A program made the translations under genes and the position numbers. The notes beneath the pieces are model-generated. The model saw only the letters and a program-made list of their open reading frames with translations. It made no database searches and was not told the origin of the DNA. From a virus: DNA of 64,000 nt. Position 1 is the stretch's first letter; each line of letters begins with the position of its first letter. The stretch is taken from IMG/VR virus record IMGVR_UViG_3300050343_000199, positions 1 through 64,000 of that record. The stretch is one strand, 5' to 3'. Positions 18,901-28,120 of this stretch are shown here, in pieces.

Positions 18901-20642
18901 TTATAGTATGCTTGGTGAGCAAGGAAAGTTTTGTTTGAAACTAAAAGATTTGCAGCATCAGCAGACGAATTGGAAATTGTATTTGTCCATTTGTCTGCTG
19001 TATTCCAAGCACCACCTGTAACCTGTTGAATAGTAACAGTATTTGTTTGAGACTCTAAAATTCTAGCAGTCTTAGTTCTAACTGAGTTAGAAACGATATC
19101 TCCATACTGGAAAGAATCTGCTGCCTGAGAAAGAACTAGATTTTGAGAAGTAGAATTAAAACCTGATTTTGGTTTAACCTTTGAAGTTCTTAGGTTATCA
19201 CCAACAATAGAAACAAATTCAGGAACTACAATCGGAAGAGTTTCTTCGTAGACACCTGCTTTGAGGTAAATTGCAATAGGATTTGTTGCACTGGCTGCGT
19301 CTGCACCAGTTAAAGCATTAATAGTATCACAGGCATAACGTAAACTACCAAATGCTCTTGAGATTGATCTACCGCTATTTGAATCGGAACCTTCTTTGGT
19401 TACGTAGTAAACAGCATTTGATACATTATTAGATTCCCATCTTGGCAGAATAGGTGAACCTCCAACAGTCAGAATCTGACCACTTGCTTCTTTAAGTTCT
19501 GCTGCAGTTGCAGTATTTGGATTTGCTGGTAATGCAATTCTGTTAATACCAGATGCAGATTGATAAAGAAGGTCACCAGTTTCTTGTAGTACCTGAGCAG
19601 CGTCACCACCTTGAGAGACGTAGTTCCAATAAACTGCAGTAGTATCAAGTTCCGGAGCAGTTGTTGCACCAGTAGTGTTAGATCTAATACAAACGTAAGA
19701 GTTACCGTTTCTATTAACGACATCACCTAGTTGATAAACTGCGCCATTATTCCATGCAGCGTTCCAGTTTAGACCTTCAAGAACTAGATCCCAGAATCTT
19801 GTATTAGTTGGATATGGGATATAAACAATACTACCGCCAGTAGCACTAGCAGTCTCAGTACTTTCAATCGTAAATCCGGTAGTCGTAGATAATTTAACGC
19901 GGAATGCTGTGTTGTATTGAGCAGCAGATGTTCCGGAAAGTGTTACTAAATCACCAACACCAAATGGTGCGACAGGTTGAGCAGCATCAAATACAACTGT
20001 TACTTCACTGCCATCACCACTGATAGTGGCGATAGTGTAAGACTCAGGAGTTGTAGTAAGTTTACATGAGTAAGCATTACCACCATACTTGACAAGATTT
20101 CCTGGTTCGTATACTTCGTTGCTATCAAAATCACCTTGTGGTGAGAAGCCAGTTGAAAGAACTTTCCAATAAAGTTCATCCGTATTTGGTGCTACGTTAG
20201 TAGAATTTTGTTGTGCTGTGTATGTGTAACCACCAAAGGTTACAATGTCACCTTTTTGGTAGATAGTTGCGGAGGACCAAGTATCTTCAAAATTTAGACC
20301 TTCCGAATAAACTTCAAACTTAGCGAAGTCAAAACTTGCAGGACCAGTATGTGCCGTAGTACAACGATATACCGTATTGCCGTACTTGACAAGATCGTTT
20401 AGTGAATACCAAACTCCAGTCGTTTGATACTCTCCGCGATTTCTAAGACCTTCTGTTTGAAGATCCCAATTTCCTAGGTCGGAAGAATAAAAACTAGTTT
20501 CCGTATTTGCGGAAGTGTGATTGGTGGTACAGACATATGCGTTTGCACCGTACTTGACAATATCGTCAATGACATAAGCAGTGCTCGCCGTCCAATCACC
20601 GCGCCACTTAAACTTCAGTCTGCCGAGTCTAAAATCTGCCAT
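15951..20642 (-). CDS. 1563-aa tail fibre/spike with CBM5/12-like repeats and a pectin-lyase-like beta-helix
   Basis: Five W...Y..(G/D)D.V...G..Y.C-type repeats; YYVTKEGSDSNSG...IYLKAGVYEE.LP...VSIVGD beta-helix entry motif. Confidence 0.8.
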   Translation of the reverse strand: MADFRLGRLKFKWRGDWTASTAYVIDDIVKYGANAYVCTTNHTSANTETSFYSSDLGNWDLQTEGLRNRGEYQTTGVWYSLNDLVKYGNTVYRCTTAHTGPASFDFAKFEVYSEGLNFEDTWSSATIYQKGDIVTFGGYTYTAQQNSTNVAPNTDELYWKVLSTGFSPQGDFDSNEVYEPGNLVKYGGNAYSCKLTTTPESYTIATISGDGSEVTVVFDAAQPVAPFGVGDLVTLSGTSAAQYNTAFRVKLSTTTGFTIESTETASATGGSIVYIPYPTNTRFWDLVLEGLNWNAAWNNGAVYQLGDVVNRNGNSYVCIRSNTTGATTAPELDTTAVYWNYVSQGGDAAQVLQETGDLLYQSASGINRIALPANPNTATAAELKEASGQILTVGGSPILPRWESNNVSNAVYYVTKEGSDSNSGRSISRAFGSLRYACDTINALTGADAASATNPIAIYLKAGVYEETLPIVVPEFVSIVGDNLRTSKVKPKSGFNSTSQNLVLSQAADSFQYGDIVSNSVRTKTARILESQTNTVTIQQVTGGAWNTADKWTNTISNSSADAANLLVSNKTFLAHQAYYKFVADQSSNPTGAAADIRLRLEEFVVELAAQVRSGGNDRVHAFATAVIAGGSDAITTVGSEDKLLIDIIRDAGIQVVKNETVSAATNNVINQVIDNTITSDPGFCATQTAAVQTLCDLAAGSLFSGNLTALTNDDGYKSITTAAGIPNQETTMFFLSTANTIKDMVFEGMSGFVPYAPDDKNTDHGTLKGVYFRLNPNSPITKSPYVQNCAAIGGAAVGVVLDGGTHEHFDNTSTKSNKSMVFDSYTQILDGGIGFYVTRGAATEIVSCFTYYNHISYTSTRGGRIRGVSGNSSYGKYGAIARGFDANESTVNGKIKGGRLEINPAGAKDGGFTPGERIIGGTSGAIGELISDQSPSGYLYYFPITGTFVQGEVITGQLSSAYITLVNNTDAVTGQKGFVLTVVDLSYGPDQGGSVEMQDNGVNDDAGSYVISNSSYTAPDGRGSLTVNRGALGSTAATHNGTTSVTHYPENATAVSTTLSGAINSTSTGTEAAPYIMGVASVTGMIANGYVVVNQELFKVVAIVAADQIEVARAQDGTVAQNHAQGDAVSIYQTKVTSQDELIEDATDAQLFLRIKRADLNFEANDFVKVGNEFFLISAVTPDTTGITTLLFADEKVIAAGDGQDFKIRYRYSQVRLTAHDFLDVGTGSQANTNWPGLPLSPNVPSQETDESRPGRVYYVSTDQDGNFAVGKYFKVEQATGKATLDASAFDLSGLSSLRLGSIGAQLGAAINEFSTDGTMAQNSNEKVPTQAAVVTYVSTLNSVSSDFTVGGNLTVKGTTTSVNSVTVTSKDRNIELGTVASGSFTGDISAGSTDITNVSDTTNLAPGVAVGVTSGGGTVTMSGTYTVSAVNGSTVTLSAVFQGSGSATGTVFSAGGPSDVTGDGGGITVKAGNDKTISWSASGDKWVLSEHVDIAGSKEYHVNGTSVLTETTVLGVSFDNDVTLAGGSADDISVPTQLAVKTYVDSAVNEVTAIGYFIAAM

Positions 20643-20653
20643 TTTTTAAATCC

Positions 20654-21022
20654 TTACTTAGGTCCTTGAGTGTTATGATCATATGATTTATTTAGTCTTG
20701 CAACTAAGTAACCATCATCATCAATGAAATATGTCAAGCGTCTGAAATCAAACCTGAACTGTTGGTATTTATCATCAGTGTCATTTGAATATTGTCTCGC
20801 AACATTAGGTGTTGCATCTACATATTCAGTTCCTTGGAGAAAATCTTTATATTCTTCTCCATCAGTTCTGTGAAAATCGTAAACTACGTCTTCTGTTGAT
20901 CTCGCATTAGTATAATGAAGCATACCGTCCTTATCTCTTCTCAGAGCGTGTACGGTAAAGTCATTTGAATTTGCAACATTTTGTTCTTGTGTTGCAGTAC
21001 TTGCACTAAGATATAAACTCAT
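20654..21022 (-). CDS. 122-aa hypothetical structural protein
   Basis: ORF track; ATGA coupling. Confidence 0.75.
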   Translation of the reverse strand: MSLYLSASTATQEQNVANSNDFTVHALRRDKDGMLHYTNARSTEDVVYDFHRTDGEEYKDFLQGTEYVDATPNVARQYSNDTDDKYQQFRFDFRRLTYFIDDDGYLVARLNKSYDHNTQGPK

Positions 21023-21477
21023 GCTAAGATCCTCCAGTAAATTCCGTCCCAGATAAACTGAACATATAAACCAGCAACATCTAAAACAAATACGCTATCA
21101 GTATTTCCAAATTTATTCAAAAATAACTGTCCATTACTGGATGTTAGCGTGACATTATTTATAGCCCATGTTGCTTTAAAATCAACTAGTTCCAGCACAT
21201 CACCAACGTGAGGAACAACTCCCGCTGATTCAAATGGCATAGTTAATGATAGCGCACTTGCACTAGTATCAATTAACCATCTAAGTCCGCATGATAAACT
21301 TGTATCTGTATTGACAACTTCCCATCTCGTTCGTTGGAGTTCAAACCCTCCAATATCACTACCATCATGTACAACCGCTGTTTTTTTATCGGTATCTACC
21401 GTAAGTTCAGCTAACGCACCTGTAAATAGTGCGTGTTCGGAAGTTGTGCCCTTTCTAAATTGTACCTGAGTGGTCAT
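21019..21477 (-). CDS. 152-aa protein: Mtd_N-like N-terminus plus fibre-terminal-type domain
   Basis: TTQVQFRKGT...ELTVDTDKKTAVVHDG...GGFEL; C-terminus DTS...MP...GDVLELVD...FIWDGIYWRILA. Confidence 0.75.
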   Translation of the reverse strand: MTTQVQFRKGTTSEHALFTGALAELTVDTDKKTAVVHDGSDIGGFELQRTRWEVVNTDTSLSCGLRWLIDTSASALSLTMPFESAGVVPHVGDVLELVDFKATWAINNVTLTSSNGQLFLNKFGNTDSVFVLDVAGLYVQFIWDGIYWRILA

Positions 21478-21503
21478 TATTAGCGCACAGTTTTTCTATG
21501 ATC

Positions 21504-21511
21504 TATTTATA
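21504..21511 (-). promoter_or_regulatory. Late promoter TATAAATA
   Basis: Perfect consensus, intergenic. Confidence 0.85.
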
Positions 21512-21514
21512 GAA

Positions 21515-24500
21515 TTAAATCATCCAAACATATGTGCGAGGTGGTTGGAACAACTCAACTTGTACAATTCCGAATCCACTAATTGCAATTGAACCACTTG
21601 CAATATAAGGAGCACGTGCAAATGCCTCATCTCCATTAATAAATCCAAACAACGTTCCAGATCCGGCATAAGCACGGGATCTGATGGTTGTACTAATACC
21701 ATTAACATTAATTTTAACGAATGGTTGCTCAGAGAATGTAAGTAATGGATCTCCGGATGTTCCTTGAAGTGTAAATTTGCCGGGAGTACCAAGTTCTCTT
21801 GCGGTAATTTTTTCGGATATTCTTTCTCCCGCAAACGAGAAGAGCATTTGCTTCTCGTCTGGATTGACAGTGAGAGATTCTGCTGCACCAGATAGAGTTG
21901 GGATAATACCAAACCCAACAAAATCTCTTGCTCTTGTAGTAGTTGCATTTCCACTGAGAGGAATTGTTCCTTCTCCAGTGTGTGCAAATCTGACAAGAAC
22001 ACCAGCTTCTCCAGATGCTTTGAACAATCCACCCTGACTGACTTCTCTTGCAGTTGTATTTTCTGTTCCTGCACCAATGAACGAGAAGAGCATTTGCCTC
22101 TCGTCTGGATTGAAGGTAACCGACTCTGCAGATCCCGATAGTTTTCTGAGTGAACCAGAACCAACATGTAGTACAGAGATTTTGTTGATAGAATCTCCGG
22201 AGACCTTGAACAGAACTTGTTCTGTCTGTGGTACAACTCCAGTAGATTCTGATACTCCACCAAATCCGAAGAGTGAACCAGTACCAATAATACTGCGATG
22301 AGTGGTGAAGAATACTTTGCCACTGATCTTCGTCTGAACAAATGGTTGTTCTGCGAACGTAAGTAATGGATCTCCAGATGTACCAGAGAATGTAAATGTT
22401 CCACCTTGACTGATTTCTCTGACAAGAATTCTTTCTGTACCTTCTCCTGTAAAGGAGAAGAGCATTTGCTTCTCGTCTGGGTTGAAGGTAATAGATTCGG
22501 CACTACCTGCAAGAGCAAAGATATTACCAGATCCAATGTTGTTCGGAACAAACTTCTCTGTAACAACACCAGAAATTTGAGCAGAACCAGAACCTGTGTA
22601 TACACTGGTAAGATTTTCTTGACCTTCTCCAGTAATATCAACTTCAATCTGTTTGATTTCAGTAGCACTGAAGGATTCTAATGCTTCCCCAATGAAGGAG
22701 AAGAGCATCTGACGTTCATCTGGATTAAACGTTACAGATTCTGCAGCACCATTGATAGCGAAGATATTACCTGATCCGATGTTATTAGGAACATATCGGA
22801 CAAATACATCACCAGAAATTCTTAGATCAGCTTGTAGTTCTGGCGATGCAGTGAAGGATTCTGATAGACCACCAATTCCGAATAGAGAACCAGTACTAAA
22901 TTCAACAATAGATGTAGTCTCTGCAATTCTCGTTCCAGTAAACGAGAAGAGCATCTGTCTCTCTTCTGGATTGACAGTAAGAGATTCTGCAGATCCGGAG
23001 AGTGTTTTGAGTGAACCAGAACCATTGTGTAGTAGACTGAAGTTTGTTTTTGCTTCACCACTAACTGGGATAGTACCAGTAACAACCCAAGATGGTTGCC
23101 AATCAAAGGTCTCAAAGTCAGATAGCGCACCTCTGCGAATTCTGATTGCTTTTTCAATACCAACATAGTTCTCGGTATGAGTCTCTTTTCCTTCTCCAAT
23201 AAAGGAGAAGAGCATTTGTTTCTCTTCTGGATTGACAGTGAGAGATTCGGATGCACCAGAGAACTTCCTGAATGTACCAGTACCAACAACACTTGGAACA
23301 TAATGTGTCTTGGCAATACCACTGACAGGAATAACTCCAAATGGTTGCTCTGCAAATGTAAGGATCTGAGGAGTTGTATCTCCAGATAGTCTGATTTCAG
23401 TTCCTTCTTCTGGTGGATTGGCAGAGAATACTTCTTCGGATGTACCACCAAATTTGATATGTGCAGTAAATGCCGGAAGTCTCTTGGTGAGAGACTCGGA
23501 ACTAATTCCGTTAGAGAAGATAGCACCACTTCCAATAAAGTCTCTTGCTCTTGGAGTTGCAGCAACACCAGAAACATTGATAGTTCCAAATACAAAGTGA
23601 TGAACAAGTACACGTTCAACCAGATTATTAACAGTGAATAGACTTCCTGTTCCTGTGTATGGAACAGTAAAGCTTTCTGCGAGAACACCAGATAGTTTGA
23701 TGTCTGTGGTAATATCTGGTGGGTTGAATGATACTGCTTCCGCTGCACCATTGATTCCGAATAGTGAACCAAATCCTGTAAATGCTCTTGCTCTTGGAGT
23801 TTCTGCAATTCCGGAAACTGGAATTGTACCTTGAGATACCCAAGAAGGTTGCCAATCGTAAGTAACAAATCTGCTGAACGGACCAGGAGATACTTTGAAT
23901 AGAAGTTGTACTTCGTCTGGTGAGTATCTTCTGCTTTCTGTGGCACCACCGAATCCGAATAGAGATCCACCACCAAATGTTCGTAGACTGAATAATGGAA
24001 TCGCTGCATTGCGAACAAGAATCGGTGGAGATATATTGTTCCATTGAGGTGGAACAACAACGAATGCATCTCCAACAATCTTGATGACTGTACTTTCCGT
24101 AAATATAGAAGTATTACGAATGTACTTCTCAACCAGTGTACCCTTGAGTGAATCAAGTTGACCGAATGGACAGACAAGACCAGTAGTATCAAGGATATGT
24201 CCGTAATCTGTCAGTCCATCTTCTGTATCTGATACATCCTGATAGTCTGCGAATACTGTTGGTACAGTTGTAAATGCAGTTAATGTATAAGTTACTCCAG
24301 GATCAATTGATAATGTAGATCCTAGAGTTACCTTTGTGCATCCAGAAGACGATGTGGTATTTGTAGAAACGACCCCATCAACATCAACACATACACTATT
24401 TGCAGAAAGATCAACGATTCTTCCATAATCAAGTTCCGGTTCGTCTCTACAGAGATCCATACTGTAAACTTCAGTATGCTTCTCTTCTGAAAGTTCACTG

Positions 24501-27500
24501 AGTTCTGGTTTCTTGGAACATAGAGTAATAGAACCAGTAGTCTCATATGCATATTGAACTCTAAGATCTCCACCACTAACTGCGAATAGAGAACCAACAC
24601 CTTCATGTGCAAGACAAATTCCTGGATCTCCAGATGTACCAACGAATGTGAAGATTGGTTCTTCGGTAGGAGGAACTGAAGTAGTAGACTCTGCTGTTCC
24701 TGTATATCCAAATAAAGTTCCTGTTCCCTTAATACCAACGGTAATACCAATCGCAGTATCACTACGGAATCCGAATAAACCATCACCTGGTTGTATTAGA
24801 CTGAAGTTAGTCTTGGAATTTCCGCCAAGTTTGATCTGACCACTACCAATTTCACTAGCAAATAGTGGGGAGATTGCAACACCACTAATATCAATAAATC
24901 CACGACCGTTATAATTTGGAGTGAATTTAACATCACCAACTCCAAAGATATCAATCTGACCGTAGATACATGCAGGTAATCCTTGTCTTGGAGTTCCAAG
25001 AATATGACCATGATCAACTAGAGGTGAAGCATTCTCTGCAACAAATCCATAATCCAGAGTAGAAGATGGAACTGTGTATTGTGGAGTAATGGTGTAAGTA
25101 ACACCAGGATCAACTGCTAAGGAATTGAGTACCTTGGTGCATCCAGTTGCAGACGTGGTATCTGTAGAAATAATACCGTCAACATCAACACAAGAAACTG
25201 CATTCGGATCAATAATAAATCCGTAATCTGGTTCGGTGAATGGTGCAATAGAACTACAGTTGTAACTGTAAACCTTGACTTCCTCAAGATTGTTGAATCC
25301 AAAGAGTCCACCAGAACCAACGTAATCGTATACAGTTCTTTCAACTGCAGTTTGTAGAGTGAATAGAACACCACTACCAATCCAGTTAGGATTGAATGCA
25401 AACGTTGCTTCTCCAGTAAAGGAGAATAGAAGATCTCTTTCGTCTGGGTTAAAGGTAACAGAATCTGCAGCGCCACTGAGAGTTGGGATAAGACCATCAC
25501 CAAGTATACCAACGCCAATTCCAATCTGAGATTCACTATGGAATCCAAATAAACCATCACCTGGTTGCAGTAGACTAAAGTTGGTAATGGAATCACCACC
25601 AAGTGTTTTGATGCTTCCTGAACCAAATACAGTGACATCAAGAGGAACTCTACCTTCACCAAAGATACTAATGCCACCCTGAGATATCCAGTTAGGTGCA
25701 AGACTATTAACAGATTCACCTGTGATATCAATATGACCGTAAATACATCCTGGCATTCCGAGACGTGGAGTACCAAGAATATCTCCAAAGTCTGCAAGAG
25801 GAGCTGCGTTCTCTGAAGTTAATCCATAATCTAAGACACTAGATGCAATAGTATTCTGAGGTCTTACTGAATAATTAACACCTGGATCAATTGTTAACGA
25901 ATTGAGTACCTTGATGCATCCAGACGTTGTTGTTTCACTCGTAGAAATAACACCGTCAACATCAACACATGCAATTGCTCCTGTGTTGATAATAAATCCA
26001 TAGTCGTTCTCTGGGAAAGGAACGATAGAACTGCAGTTATAATCGTATACTTTCTTCTCTTCAAGATTATTAAATCCGAAGATTCTTCCAGATCCAACAT
26101 AGTCATATACAGTTTTCTCAACTGCAGTTTGTAGAGTGAATAGAACACCACTACCAATCCAGTTGGGATTAAAGGAGAATGTTGCCTCTCCAATAAGAGA
26201 GAACAATAAATCTTTTTCTTCTGGATTAAAGGTAACGGACTCTGCAGAACCATTAATACTTGGAATAAATCCTGTTCCGGTAATTCCGGCAGTAATACCA
26301 ATTTGAGTATCACTACGGAATCTGAATAAACCATCACCTGGTTGCAACAGAGCAAAGTTCGTGATGGAGTCTCCACCAAGTGTTTTGATACTTCCTGTAC
26401 CAAATACGGATACATCCAGAGGAACACTAGCTTCACCAGTAAGTTTACTGATGTATCCTCTACTTGTCCAAGTTGGATTAAACGCAAACTGCGCTCCATT
26501 TTCTGGATCAAGATGGAACAATCCAAACGGAATAAGATTGCTAGTCGTTAAGATATTACCAAAGTCTACCTGTGGTGCAGCAGATTCTGATATTAGACCA
26601 TAGTCAATAAAGTTACTAGGAGCATTAGCACCTAGACTTACATCATAAGTTGTTCCTGGATCAATACTCGCAGTTGATCCCACACGTACAATACATCCGG
26701 AAGATGTTCCAGATAATGTTCCTGATACATCTTCAATATCACTTGGATGACATATAGTTAGATAACCATAGTCTGCCTTAGAGAATTCAATGATACTATC
26801 ATTGATGTATCTTTCTGTATGTTTTTCGTCTGATAGTTCAGGAAGTTCTGGTTTTCTGCTAACCAGTTTAAGTCCACCAGATCCAACGAACGCATTTGTA
26901 GCGCGTTGCTGTCCATTAGATAGAGTGAATAGATCTCCAAATCCTGTTTCATGTACAAGAGTAATATCTCTTGCAGCACCTGTAACCTTACTAATATATC
27001 CGCTACTAGTCCATGTTGATACGAATGCATCATCTGTACTTGCAATCGTAAATAGAGTACCAGAACCAAAGATTCCAATACCAATACCAATACCCGAATT
27101 TCCAAGTATGGAGGTAGTTCCCGCACCGTCGTGCTTGCCAGAAAATACCCCCAGACTTGTACCACTAAGACCTTTGACTTTTCCATCAACGATATAACCG
27201 TATACTGCTGGTGAAGTCTGTCTACCAAAGGTAAACGCAATACCTGTACCTTCGTATGTGTTAGTCGCCTTCCAAGACGCTTCGCTAACAACTTTAACAA
27301 ATCCGAAAGATTCTACATTAGTTACATAAACAACTCTGCCGTAATCTTCTAGTGTGGCATTGATATCTGAAATATTACCAAAATTTATTGTTGGTAATAC
27401 TGGAGTTGTTGTATGTGTATATGTTACTGATTTTAATCCATAGTGATCCCAATTATTTCCAGTATGAGATGGTTGTATTAACCTGAATTGTGTTCCCGCT

Positions 27501-28036
27501 GTCCTCGCTACAGAAGGAATTGTAATTTCTACAGATTTTAAAGTATTAAATGTAGTGTCATTATGCGCTACTACAGTATCAATAGAAGTCCACAAACTTC
27601 CATTATAATACTCTAAGTATAAACTCTCGTTAACAGTATCAGGATCTTCTCCACCATTGGCATCATTGCCTCTAATTACTTCAAAGGTTAGTGAAGAATT
27701 AACATTATTTGGTAAACTAAACTCTACTATTCTGGATGCTGCGGTACTGCTGTTGAATCTAATATGTCTACCAATATTAAATCCACCAGTTGATCCTGTG
27801 CCTGTACCTGAATTTGTTAAAAATGTATTTGTTAAAGTAGCATTTAAATTATCTACTGCTACAGTTTCAGTTGCAGTTACTGGAGTATTATTAAATGCTA
27901 ATGAACCATAATCAAGTTCATTGTACCGATCAATGATACTTGGTTCATAAACATATGAAAAGCTGCCCAAACCCTCACTCGCAGCGCGAATGATTGATGG
28001 AAATATTCCTTGTGTATTATAGGAATAAACGGACAT
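21515..28036 (-). CDS. 2173-aa repetitive virion structural protein
   Basis: Long ORF with multiple internal repeat families and an N-terminal reelin-like domain. Confidence 0.85.
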   Translation of the reverse strand: MSVYSYNTQGIFPSIIRAASEGLGSFSYVYEPSIIDRYNELDYGSLAFNNTPVTATETVAVDNLNATLTNTFLTNSGTGTGSTGGFNIGRHIRFNSSTAASRIVEFSLPNNVNSSLTFEVIRGNDANGGEDPDTVNESLYLEYYNGSLWTSIDTVVAHNDTTFNTLKSVEITIPSVARTAGTQFRLIQPSHTGNNWDHYGLKSVTYTHTTTPVLPTINFGNISDINATLEDYGRVVYVTNVESFGFVKVVSEASWKATNTYEGTGIAFTFGRQTSPAVYGYIVDGKVKGLSGTSLGVFSGKHDGAGTTSILGNSGIGIGIGIFGSGTLFTIASTDDAFVSTWTSSGYISKVTGAARDITLVHETGFGDLFTLSNGQQRATNAFVGSGGLKLVSRKPELPELSDEKHTERYINDSIIEFSKADYGYLTICHPSDIEDVSGTLSGTSSGCIVRVGSTASIDPGTTYDVSLGANAPSNFIDYGLISESAAPQVDFGNILTTSNLIPFGLFHLDPENGAQFAFNPTWTSRGYISKLTGEASVPLDVSVFGTGSIKTLGGDSITNFALLQPGDGLFRFRSDTQIGITAGITGTGFIPSINGSAESVTFNPEEKDLLFSLIGEATFSFNPNWIGSGVLFTLQTAVEKTVYDYVGSGRIFGFNNLEEKKVYDYNCSSIVPFPENDYGFIINTGAIACVDVDGVISTSETTTSGCIKVLNSLTIDPGVNYSVRPQNTIASSVLDYGLTSENAAPLADFGDILGTPRLGMPGCIYGHIDITGESVNSLAPNWISQGGISIFGEGRVPLDVTVFGSGSIKTLGGDSITNFSLLQPGDGLFGFHSESQIGIGVGILGDGLIPTLSGAADSVTFNPDERDLLFSFTGEATFAFNPNWIGSGVLFTLQTAVERTVYDYVGSGGLFGFNNLEEVKVYSYNCSSIAPFTEPDYGFIIDPNAVSCVDVDGIISTDTTSATGCTKVLNSLAVDPGVTYTITPQYTVPSSTLDYGFVAENASPLVDHGHILGTPRQGLPACIYGQIDIFGVGDVKFTPNYNGRGFIDISGVAISPLFASEIGSGQIKLGGNSKTNFSLIQPGDGLFGFRSDTAIGITVGIKGTGTLFGYTGTAESTTSVPPTEEPIFTFVGTSGDPGICLAHEGVGSLFAVSGGDLRVQYAYETTGSITLCSKKPELSELSEEKHTEVYSMDLCRDEPELDYGRIVDLSANSVCVDVDGVVSTNTTSSSGCTKVTLGSTLSIDPGVTYTLTAFTTVPTVFADYQDVSDTEDGLTDYGHILDTTGLVCPFGQLDSLKGTLVEKYIRNTSIFTESTVIKIVGDAFVVVPPQWNNISPPILVRNAAIPLFSLRTFGGGSLFGFGGATESRRYSPDEVQLLFKVSPGPFSRFVTYDWQPSWVSQGTIPVSGIAETPRARAFTGFGSLFGINGAAEAVSFNPPDITTDIKLSGVLAESFTVPYTGTGSLFTVNNLVERVLVHHFVFGTINVSGVAATPRARDFIGSGAIFSNGISSESLTKRLPAFTAHIKFGGTSEEVFSANPPEEGTEIRLSGDTTPQILTFAEQPFGVIPVSGIAKTHYVPSVVGTGTFRKFSGASESLTVNPEEKQMLFSFIGEGKETHTENYVGIEKAIRIRRGALSDFETFDWQPSWVVTGTIPVSGEAKTNFSLLHNGSGSLKTLSGSAESLTVNPEERQMLFSFTGTRIAETTSIVEFSTGSLFGIGGLSESFTASPELQADLRISGDVFVRYVPNNIGSGNIFAINGAAESVTFNPDERQMLFSFIGEALESFSATEIKQIEVDITGEGQENLTSVYTGSGSAQISGVVTEKFVPNNIGSGNIFALAGSAESITFNPDEKQMLFSFTGEGTERILVREISQGGTFTFSGTSGDPLLTFAEQPFVQTKISGKVFFTTHRSIIGTGSLFGFGGVSESTGVVPQTEQVLFKVSGDSINKISVLHVGSGSLRKLSGSAESVTFNPDERQMLFSFIGAGTENTTAREVSQGGLFKASGEAGVLVRFAHTGEGTIPLSGNATTTRARDFVGFGIIPTLSGAAESLTVNPDEKQMLFSFAGERISEKITARELGTPGKFTLQGTSGDPLLTFSEQPFVKINVNGISTTIRSRAYAGSGTLFGFINGDEAFARAPYIASGSIAISGFGIVQVELFQPPRTYVWMI
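25341..26164. repeat. 47-bp exact direct repeat (25341..25387 and 26118..26164)
   Basis: tcaactgcagtttgtagagtgaatagaacaccactaccaatccagtt twice, 777 bp (259 codons) apart. Confidence 0.9.
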
Positions 28037-28050
28037 ACACTAACAAGCAT

Positions 28051-28081
28051 TAAAAATGAGGATTGCAAAATTGCAACCCCC
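28051..28081 (-). terminator. Terminator-like hairpin after the 471-aa gene
   Basis: Minus strand GGGGGTTGCA-ATTT-TGCAATCCTC followed by ATTTTT. Confidence 0.6.
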
Positions 28082-28120
28082 ACAAAAGATAACTAAAAAC
28101 TGGGTCTCTAGTATATAGGG

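Noticed and set aside
21019-21477. Mtd_N-like domain as a sign of a diversity-generating retroelement
   Set aside because: No reverse transcriptase and no repeat pair with adenine-only mismatches; the paralog repeats seen are exact or synonymous-type.
21520-26526. Long same-strand alternate-frame ORFs (382, 456, 226 and 210 aa) inside the 2173-aa gene
   Set aside because: Leu/Ser/Gln-rich shadow translations with no motifs or RBS, explainable by the main frame's codon bias and repeats. Conservation of the open frame across orthologs would reopen the question.
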